Shown: positions 56,825-64,000 of the stretch, one piece after another
How positions within the stretch are numbered: the first letter of the stretch is position 1
How the letters are laid out: each line of letters opens with the position of its first letter
DNA from: a virus
Virus record (IMG/VR): IMGVR_UViG_3300022552_000002
Coordinates: 45,974-109,973 of that record
DNA length: 64,000 nucleotides
Direction: 5' to 3' (one strand)
Program-made: the position numbers and the translations under genes
The notes under the pieces: model-generated
What the model was told of the DNA's origin: nothing
What the model saw: only the letters and a program-made list of their open reading frames with translations
Databases searched by the model: none

Positions 56825-57159
56825 GCTTAGCCGAGAGCTTGGCTATGCCAAGCGGTGGCCCTTGGCCACGAGGGTAAGCTGCACTTTAATATCCTTGGTT
56901 ACTTCTTAATTGATTTTGTTGACCTCTCTTTCTAGATCGACCTACCAACATTGTGTATGATCATCAACGTGGTTTAGCGTCGTAGACGCTTAGGCCCGAT
57001 GACGAGCGATGAGCGAAGCGAATCGTGAGGAATCGAGGCAGATAATGCTCATTATGCATAAAAGTTATCAAAGTTTTAACAGAAATAACCCTTACTACCC
57101 AGTATAAATGGAGTATTGTGTCTTAAATACGACTATATTATGCATAATGTTATGCATAA
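56809..57159. other. Hairpin and palindrome cluster, candidate replication origin or ssDNA signal
   Basis: Five inverted repeats, a tandem-GA hairpin and three TTATGCATAA palindromes in the largest non-coding gap. Confidence 0.55.
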
Positions 57160-57165
57160 GCAGTA

Positions 57166-57447
57166 TTGCAATTGTACTTTCTGTTACCAACTCTCTCTGT
57201 GGTTATTAAAGAAGAATTCCGCGCGCCAAAGAAAGAAAAGAAAATGTTTTCTGAAAAAGCAGGTTATGCAAAAAATTATACAAAAAATGAAAAATATGAA
57301 GAACCAATTTGTCGTCATTGTGGAAAACCAAAAGATGAAGTTTTATCCGAGGAAAATTTTAGCTATCATTATGTCTGCCTTCGGTGTGAGACTTCTACCA
57401 ATGCAAACTTGAGTATACGCAAAATCAAAGGGATTCCGCTCTATTAG
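57166..57447 (+). CDS. Small zinc-finger protein (start uncertain)
   Basis: CRHC...CLRC. Confidence 0.55.
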   Translation: MQLYFLLPTLSVVIKEEFRAPKKEKKMFSEKAGYAKNYTKNEKYEEPICRHCGKPKDEVLSEENFSYHYVCLRCETSTNANLSIRKIKGIPLY

Positions 57448-57480
57448 CACTAACTGACTGAGTGTAGTATATCTATAGAC

Positions 57481-57696
57481 ATGGATCGCGATCTCACTAC
57501 AGAAGAGCAGATGCTTCAGGCTACTCGAGAAGCAGCTCAGTTCGAGAAAGAACGTAGAGTAGCCTCTGAAGAAGAACTTCGTCTTTTATGTGAAGTATTA
57601 TCTGATTATATTTATGAAGAAAAAATTGTTAATGAAAATATTTATAGAGCAAAAATGAGAGCTAGAGTATATCTTAGAAAACTTGGCGTTAAGTAA
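57481..57696 (+). CDS. Hypothetical protein
   Basis: 71-aa helical ORF filling the gap before the helicase. Confidence 0.65.
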   Translation: MDRDLTTEEQMLQATREAAQFEKERRVASEEELRLLCEVLSDYIYEEKIVNENIYRAKMRARVYLRKLGVK

Positions 57697-57713
57697 CATA
57701 TCGAGAGTATGTA

Positions 57714-60209
57714 TTGACCAAACGGTTTACAATACATGTGTCTGCAAATGAAGCCCAGGTTGAACAGCCGCTACCCTTCCGTGTAATCCGAGAGATCAAC
57801 AAGCTCACTTCCTATGAGCTTCCTGGAGCGTGGGTAAGCGGTCACGGTCCCCAGAGAGCCTATCTCTTCCGTAAGCAGACTCAGAAGTTTCCTTCTGGCT
57901 TATTAAAGCGTGTTAAAAAAGCTATAAGAAGAATGGGATATAAAACTAGAACAAAAGATTATAGAGCAGAAGTAAAGATAGACGAAAAAAAAGTCTTATC
58001 TATTTTTGATAATCTTGAATACAATCCTCGTTATTATCAAGCTGATGGCATTATAGAAGGAATACGTTATCCTTATGGTTTATTTTGGTGGCCTACAGGT
58101 TGCCACGCTAAAGGAACTAAAATCATTATGTATGATGGTTCCTTGAAAGCCGTGGAAGATGTTAGACCAGGAGATAAGTTGCTTGGTCCTGATAGTAAAC
58201 CAAGAACTGTATTAAGTTTAGCAAGAGGATTTGATGATTTATATGAAATTAATCCATTAAAGGGTGAAAAATTTATTGTTAATAAAGATCATATGTTATC
58301 TTTGGTTAGAACAAATGAAGGAGGAAGATGGAGCAAATTTGCTGGTGATATAGAGAATATTTCTGTTGAAGATTATCTTGGTAAAAGCGATTGGTATAAA
58401 CATACAAGAAAACTTTATAGATCTGGATTAGTTAAATTTAGTGGTTCATCTAAATTACCTTTAGATCCTTATGTGCTTGGTATATTACTTGGTGATGGTT
58501 GTTTTAGACAAAGTACAATAGGAGTAAGTACAGCAGATAAAGAAATTGTTGATGAATTGAATAAAAAAATTAAGAAATTTGGTTTAGAACTTAAACAAAG
58601 AGGTAAATATGATTATGGTTTATCTTCAGGAATTAAGAAAAAGAAAAATTTAGTTAAAGAAATTATTAAAGAATTAGGTTTATTAGGGTGTGACAGTTCT
58701 AATAAATTTATTCCTGATATATATAAAAGAACTCATGTTAAATATCGTTATGAATTATTAGCTGGTTTGATCGATTCAGATGGTTCTACTGAAGAAGATA
58801 AACACCAAGCAGAAATAACATCAAAATCATTTACTTTAGCAAGTGATATACAATTTTTATGTCGCAGTCTTGGTTTGATGGCTCAAATAAATGAAAAAAC
58901 AATTAATACGGGGGAATATAAAGGTAATGTTTATTTTAGAGTAACAATATCTGGTGATTTAGAAAATATTAATTCTAGATTGAAAAGAAAAAAGATAACC
59001 AGAAAACGCATAGCAAAGAAAAATGTCAATAGAACATCTTTCTTAACAAAATATCTTGGTGAAGGTATTTATTATGGATTTCAATTGAGTGGCGATCATT
59101 TGTATATGACTGATGATTTTATTGTTCATCATAATAGCGGAAAGACATTCCTTTTTTCCATGCTGCTACTCTGTTACAACGTGCCATCGCTCATCTTGAC
59201 CCATCGGAAAGAGTTGTTGTATCAGATACGTGATGCTGTTGAAGATATGACAGGAAAGAGTTGTGGCATCATCGGAGATGGACAGTGGAGTCCGAAAAAG
59301 TGGACTGTTGGTATAGTTAATAGTTTTATGCAGAGAGATAACCTTATCAAAGAGGTGTCTTCGTATCTTGAATCTATAGAATACCTCATCATCGACGAAG
59401 CTCATCACCTTGGAGCGAAGTCGTGGTGGAAGATAGCAAAAAAATGTAAGAATACACATGCTCGACATGGTTTTTCTGGTACATGTTTTCGTACAGATAA
59501 TGCTGATCTTCTTTTACTTGCTCATACTGGTGATGTGATTAGTCATTATACAACGACTTATATGATTGAAGAAGGTTGGTTGTCACGTCCTCATATTTAT
59601 AGAGATGTGACAATTGAAAAGATTTCATCTCATAGTGATTGGCATACTGTTGAAAATGAATTGATTATGAATAATAAAATGCGTAATAGAGCAGGTAGTC
59701 AATTCATTTATGATCAAGCAGGTGAAGGTAAACAAGTTCTTGTTATGGTGAGGCGTGTTCCTCATGGAAGAATCCTCAAGCAGATGTTGATTGGAGAGTT
59801 TGGTGTTGAGCCTAGAGATATTAGATACATGACTGGTAGCGAAGGAACAGATACTAGGAAAAGAGCCCTACTCGACTATAAATACGGAACATTTCCAATT
59901 TTGATTGGAACGAGTATATATGATGAAGGGATTGATCTTCCTACTATTGGTGCTGCTGCTAATATGGGTGGTGGAAAGAGCGATATTAAGACAACACAGA
60001 AACTTGGAAGAGCTATCAGAAAAATAGTTCCAGATGGTGAAATGGATGTTGATCCTGAAATAGAACAAACAGTGAACTATTATGATCCATTTGATAAAGG
60101 TCATCGATTTGTAAAGAAACATAGCAACACGAGACAAGAAGTATATGAAGGCGAAGAAGCATTTGTGCTCAAGGGTGCATACAATGACAAAAAGATTTCC
60201 AAGACCTGA
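57714..60209 (+). CDS. SF2 DEAH helicase (UvsW/SSL2-like) containing an intein
   Basis: Q motif PRYYQ, Walker A PTG|SGKT split by the intein, IIDEAHH, GFSGT, DEGIDLP and QKLGRAIR. Confidence 0.92.
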   Translation: MTKRFTIHVSANEAQVEQPLPFRVIREINKLTSYELPGAWVSGHGPQRAYLFRKQTQKFPSGLLKRVKKAIRRMGYKTRTKDYRAEVKIDEKKVLSIFDNLEYNPRYYQADGIIEGIRYPYGLFWWPTGCHAKGTKIIMYDGSLKAVEDVRPGDKLLGPDSKPRTVLSLARGFDDLYEINPLKGEKFIVNKDHMLSLVRTNEGGRWSKFAGDIENISVEDYLGKSDWYKHTRKLYRSGLVKFSGSSKLPLDPYVLGILLGDGCFRQSTIGVSTADKEIVDELNKKIKKFGLELKQRGKYDYGLSSGIKKKKNLVKEIIKELGLLGCDSSNKFIPDIYKRTHVKYRYELLAGLIDSDGSTEEDKHQAEITSKSFTLASDIQFLCRSLGLMAQINEKTINTGEYKGNVYFRVTISGDLENINSRLKRKKITRKRIAKKNVNRTSFLTKYLGEGIYYGFQLSGDHLYMTDDFIVHHNSGKTFLFSMLLLCYNVPSLILTHRKELLYQIRDAVEDMTGKSCGIIGDGQWSPKKWTVGIVNSFMQRDNLIKEVSSYLESIEYLIIDEAHHLGAKSWWKIAKKCKNTHARHGFSGTCFRTDNADLLLLAHTGDVISHYTTTYMIEEGWLSRPHIYRDVTIEKISSHSDWHTVENELIMNNKMRNRAGSQFIYDQAGEGKQVLVMVRRVPHGRILKQMLIGEFGVEPRDIRYMTGSEGTDTRKRALLDYKYGTFPILIGTSIYDEGIDLPTIGAAANMGGGKSDIKTTQKLGRAIRKIVPDGEMDVDPEIEQTVNYYDPFDKGHRFVKKHSNTRQEVYEGEEAFVLKGAYNDKKISKT
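58101..59135 (+). mobile_element. Intein with LAGLIDADG homing endonuclease (345 aa)
   Basis: Starts CHAKGT, block B VNKDHML, LGILLGDG and LAGLIDSDG motifs, ends VHHN followed by Ser(+1). Confidence 0.95.
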
Positions 60210-60801
60210 ACCTGTTACAGTAAAAAGATTTCCAAGAAACACAATGTCTAAAAATTTTACTTCTGAAGAATTAGAAGAAGCTACCAAAAAAAACGGTAGC
60301 GTTGATTTAAGTAAGATTCGTCAAGTTGTTAGTCGTAGATCAAAAGAAAGAAAGGAGAGTGCTCAGAAAGCTTTAGAAACAAAGAAAGAACACAATGAAG
60401 TGTTCGCAAGATTTATGAATGCTTATAAGATGTATATGAATGCTGAATTTATTCCCAAGACTAAGGAAAGATTTGTAAGTTATAATCAAAATGGAAAACG
60501 AATAGCAAGAAGGTACAAAACAGATAGAGCCAGATTTGTTGATTTCTATATGAAAGTGAAGAAGAGATATGAAACAGAATATTGGGAAGATAGATGGGCT
60601 GGATATATAGATAGAGCTTTCGAATTAGCACTTGAAGAATATCAATTTTCTGAACAGACAAAAATATTTGGTGTGATTATTTCTGAGAAAGTTGCAGAGA
60701 AAGTATTTACTGATTTGCGCAGAACAGAGAGAAGAAAACAAAGAAGAACAAAACGCCAAGAACAAAGAAACAGACACGCTAGGTTGTTCAATAGAAAATG
60801 A
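60184..60801 (+). CDS. Hypothetical protein, positional candidate for a replication initiator
   Basis: Basic protein starting MTKRFPRP, directly upstream of and coupled to the DnaC-like gene. Confidence 0.6.
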   Translation: MTKRFPRPEPVTVKRFPRNTMSKNFTSEELEEATKKNGSVDLSKIRQVVSRRSKERKESAQKALETKKEHNEVFARFMNAYKMYMNAEFIPKTKERFVSYNQNGKRIARRYKTDRARFVDFYMKVKKRYETEYWEDRWAGYIDRAFELALEEYQFSEQTKIFGVIISEKVAEKVFTDLRRTERRKQRRTKRQEQRNRHARLFNRK

Positions 60802-61628
60802 GCGACTTTTTTAGAGCCTCTTTGTTAGAACAAGAGGCTATCAATTTAAGGTTTCGACTTATTAAGGGCTGCAAACGATGTGGCGGCAAAGGTAGACTTG
60901 CGACTAAAGACTATGATAGAGAAACCTTATCATACAAAACATTTCCTTGCTGGTGTACACGTCGATATATCTATCTACTCGATCTTTTGATAGCTGGTGT
61001 CAAAGAGCAACAAGCTATTGAGATTGTCACTAAAGCAGCAGAAGAATGCTGGGTTACTGAGATTGATTTAGCTAATGGAAAAGAAAAAGATAGCACTAAG
61101 TTATATAAAGAACATTTAGGCACGTATGTAAAGAATTTAGATAAAGTAATTGAGAATGGATATAGTTATCTTTTTGTTGGAATTAATAGCACTGGAAAAA
61201 CATTTGCAGCTTTGAAAGTTCTGCATCACTTTTTAAAAATGGGTAAGAGTGGTCATTATATTAAGTTTAGAAAATTGATGAAGCTGATTAACAGAGCTAT
61301 AGCTGGTGGCAAACAAGAACGTCAAATAGCAGATAGATTATTAGATGAAATATTAAAAGTAGATTTTCTGGTGATTGATGAACTTGGGAGAGAGACAGGT
61401 AATAGAGAACATATAGCTAGTGAAATAGATGAAATTCTCAAAGACAGAGATATGGCTTCTTCTCCTACTTTTGTTGTAACCAATAGAGACTTTGAAGATG
61501 TGGAAGACTTATACGAAGGTGGTAATAGCGCCATTGTTAGTGCTTTCATGCGTAGCTATAGATTGCTTATTTTTGATCCTGATAATGACTTCAGAAAAAC
61601 TTCGCGCGAACAAGAATGGTTTGATTGA
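60798..61628 (+). CDS. DnaC/IstB-like AAA+ helicase loader
   Basis: CKRC...CWC Zn site, Walker A GINSTGKT, Walker B LVIDELG and PTFVVTN. Confidence 0.85.
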   Translation: MSDFFRASLLEQEAINLRFRLIKGCKRCGGKGRLATKDYDRETLSYKTFPCWCTRRYIYLLDLLIAGVKEQQAIEIVTKAAEECWVTEIDLANGKEKDSTKLYKEHLGTYVKNLDKVIENGYSYLFVGINSTGKTFAALKVLHHFLKMGKSGHYIKFRKLMKLINRAIAGGKQERQIADRLLDEILKVDFLVIDELGRETGNREHIASEIDEILKDRDMASSPTFVVTNRDFEDVEDLYEGGNSAIVSAFMRSYRLLIFDPDNDFRKTSREQEWFD

Positions 61629-62944
61629 TGCCAAGTAAAGTTATCGAAAAAGATATCATTCGTGGTGTCTGTAAGATAGATGGTTTTTTACCATCATTAG
61701 TAGATGCGTCTGTCACTGGTGCTGATTTTGATAAGCCTTTATTTGGTTGGGTTGTTGATAAATCAATTGAGTATTATGCGAAGTACAATAAGCATCCAAC
61801 TAAGAAAGTATTGAAGAGATTAGTAGAGAGAGATTCTGAATTAGAAGAGCAAGAAGCTAAAAAATATTTAAGAGGTATTAGAAGTTTATACAATAGAGGC
61901 CCTGACAGTCCGCACTTCTCTCTTTGTGAATTACAGAAGTTTTCACGTAAGAAGAAGCTTATTAGTTATCTTGAAAATTCAGCTGAGAAAATTGAAGGTA
62001 ATGAAGATGTTGATGAAGTCATAAATTTTATGACTTCTAGTATGATGGGACTTGAAGCATTAAAACAAAAAGAATGGAAAGTAGTAGATTGGTTAGATGG
62101 ATTTGAAGACAGACAGGCGTTGCGTAAGTTCCGTAAGAAACATCCTGAATTATTTAGAACATTTCATTTTGGTATTAAAGAACTCGATGCAAAGATGCGT
62201 CGAGGTATGGTCATTGGTGATATGGGATCGATTGCTGCCAAGACAGGCAGAGGCAAATCGATTTTTACTATACAGGCAGGATTACAAGGTCTGTATCAAG
62301 GTTTCAATGTTACTCATATCACAACAGAGAATGAGTTAGGTCAAACAGAAGGTAGATACGATTCTCGCGCAACTGGAATTCCTTACGAACAAATTCAGAT
62401 GTACGATTTTGGCGGATCGAGAAAAGCTTCTCTCCGTCAGGCTCAGCAGACAGTTGATATGCTGAGAAACTTTGTTGATACTCGATTGAAGATTGTAAAA
62501 TGCATTCCGAATAAAACGAATATCATGACCATCATTGATATTCTCGAGCGATTAGAAAAAAGAGAAGGACATAAAACAGATTTACTCATTGTTGATTCAC
62601 CAGAACTGATGATTCCTTTGACTCAGTTCAAGTCTGACTATCGTATACAAAAAGCAACAGTGTATTGGGAGTTGAAGTCACTTCTTCTAGAGCGCGGCAT
62701 CATTGGCTTTGTGACTTCACAGTTGACTCGAGGTTCTGATGATTCGATGCCAACAGCAGAGGATATGGCTGAAGCATACGACAAAGCAAGACTGTTAGAT
62801 TTAATGATGGTGTTGATAAGAACTACCAAGCATTTTCTTAGTGATGAAGCAATGCTTTGGATTGTAAAGGCTCGTGACTTTGAGAATGATGGACAGCCAA
62901 TAACATTGCATACTGATTTTAGTTGTATGTTTATGGATGTGTAA
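61628..62944 (+). CDS. DnaB-like replicative helicase
   Basis: AAKTGRGKS, ITTEN, LLIVD, TSQLTR, AEAYDK and VKARD are SF4 helicase motifs. Confidence 0.88.
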   Translation: MPSKVIEKDIIRGVCKIDGFLPSLVDASVTGADFDKPLFGWVVDKSIEYYAKYNKHPTKKVLKRLVERDSELEEQEAKKYLRGIRSLYNRGPDSPHFSLCELQKFSRKKKLISYLENSAEKIEGNEDVDEVINFMTSSMMGLEALKQKEWKVVDWLDGFEDRQALRKFRKKHPELFRTFHFGIKELDAKMRRGMVIGDMGSIAAKTGRGKSIFTIQAGLQGLYQGFNVTHITTENELGQTEGRYDSRATGIPYEQIQMYDFGGSRKASLRQAQQTVDMLRNFVDTRLKIVKCIPNKTNIMTIIDILERLEKREGHKTDLLIVDSPELMIPLTQFKSDYRIQKATVYWELKSLLLERGIIGFVTSQLTRGSDDSMPTAEDMAEAYDKARLLDLMMVLIRTTKHFLSDEAMLWIVKARDFENDGQPITLHTDFSCMFMDV

Positions 62945-62945
62945 T

Positions 62946-64000
62946 ATGTATATTGAAAGTAAAGCATTTATTGATTGGATAGTTAAGGAATTAAAGGCAA
63001 AGAAATTGCCTAATAAAGATGATGAATATATCTGTAATTGTCCCTTTTGCGATGCAAAAGAAAATCATTGGGATTATACGATAAATACCAAGAAGATGAT
63101 AATGAATTGTTGGCGTGGATTCGATCCTAGATGCGAATCTGGTCACACAATACCCACTCTGATTACACTTTATTATGACATTCCTTTCAAGCAAGCTATT
63201 GATTTTATTAAGAAAAATTTTCGTGGAGAGGATTCGCTTCAACGTGTGAAAAAAAGACTCAAAAATATAGATGAACGTCGTATATTAGAGATAACAGAAG
63301 AAAAGGTAGTTTGGTCAATGCCTTATGAATCTGAGTCCATATTAGATGCTCAGAGCAAGAAGGCGCAGAAAGCACTCAGATGGCTTCTTGATGTTAGGAA
63401 GATTCCACTGGAAGTTGTGGAAGCACTTGAGCCGAGGTATTTAGGGAGTGATACTCATAAAAAATGGGAGAGATATCGTAACAGAATATTCTTTCCTGTT
63501 TCTTCAAATGGAAACAAAGCATGGTTAGCATACAGTACCAGGAAAAAATCAACAAAGAAAAATCCGAAGACAATGAATCCTCCTGGTCATATCTTAGCCT
63601 GTACATTTTATCTTTACGATTGGTATGTAACTAGTGATGAACCAATTCTTCTACATGAAGGTTTATTTGATGCAGTTAGATTCTTCATGTTTGGATTTAA
63701 TTCTCTTGCTGGGTGGGGGACCACAGTTAGTTCAGAACAAATAGAACTATTGAACGCACTTCCTGCGAAAGAAGTGGTGGTTTGTTATGATCCTGATGCA
63801 ACTAAGCTTAAACAAGATAAGAAAGGTAAATGGACTTGTAGAGCTTACAAAGTTGCAGAGAATCTTAGAAACTATTATTTTGGTGATGTAAGTGTTATGA
63901 AATTAACTCGTGATGATCCAGATAGAACAGCATTTAAAGAAGCTAAAACTGCATATGAAAATAGGATGAGGTTTGGAGATAGATTTTGGCGACTGAGAAG
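62946..64000 (+). CDS. DnaG-like DNA primase (3' end runs off the window)
   Basis: Absent from the ORF track because it has no stop. Manual translation from ATG 62946 gives MYIESKAF...NCPFC...H...NCWRG..C (Zn finger), RIFFPV, and TOPRIM HEGLFDA...CYDPDA. Confidence 0.9.
   Translation, partial: MYIESKAFIDWIVKELKAKKLPNKDDEYICNCPFCDAKENHWDYTINTKKMIMNCWRGFDPRCESGHTIPTLITLYYDIPFKQAIDFIKKNFRGEDSLQRVKKRLKNIDERRILEITEEKVVWSMPYESESILDAQSKKAQKALRWLLDVRKIPLEVVEALEPRYLGSDTHKKWERYRNRIFFPVSSNGNKAWLAYSTRKKSTKKNPKTMNPPGHILACTFYLYDWYVTSDEPILLHEGLFDAVRFFMFGFNSLAGWGTTVSSEQIELLNALPAKEVVVCYDPDATKLKQDKKGKWTCRAYKVAENLRNYYFGDVSVMKLTRDDPDRTAFKEAKTAYENRMRFGDRFWRLR

Noticed and set aside
1-64000. Stop-codon reassignment
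   Set aside because: TAA, TAG and TGA all end well-packed genes, and coding density is high in the standard code.

Overview
The window is a 64-kb piece of a large tailed dsDNA phage genome with siphovirus-like architecture, read in the standard genetic code. A short minus-strand block (66-2196) encodes a 5'-3' exonuclease, a small Cys-rich protein, an M15 peptidase endolysin and a hypothetical protein. A very long plus-strand morphogenesis operon (2324-56702) follows. It starts with TerS, a Mu-like TerL, portal and protease/scaffold, a decoration protein and a lambda-E-like major capsid protein. Next come a holin/spanin-like group, head-fibre-like genes and an unexpected membrane protein-MshEN-patatin cassette. 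The operon ends with neck genes, a domain-decorated tail tube, a chaperone pair with a -1 frameshift, a 3752-aa tape measure protein and several giant tail-tip proteins. After a hairpin-rich intergenic region (56703-57165, candidate promoter/origin) comes a replication module: intein-containing SF2 helicase, DnaC-like loader, DnaB-like helicase and a primase cut off by the window edge. The most notable items are the MshEN (c-di-GMP-receptor-fold) plus patatin cassette inside the virion operon, a sarcin-ricin-loop-like hairpin after the tail tube gene, a tandem-GA ssDNA hairpin cluster before the replication genes, a 17-bp helix that hides an RBS, and a KRFP[RK] motif shared by unrelated proteins. 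All family calls come from recognising motifs by eye, not from database searches.
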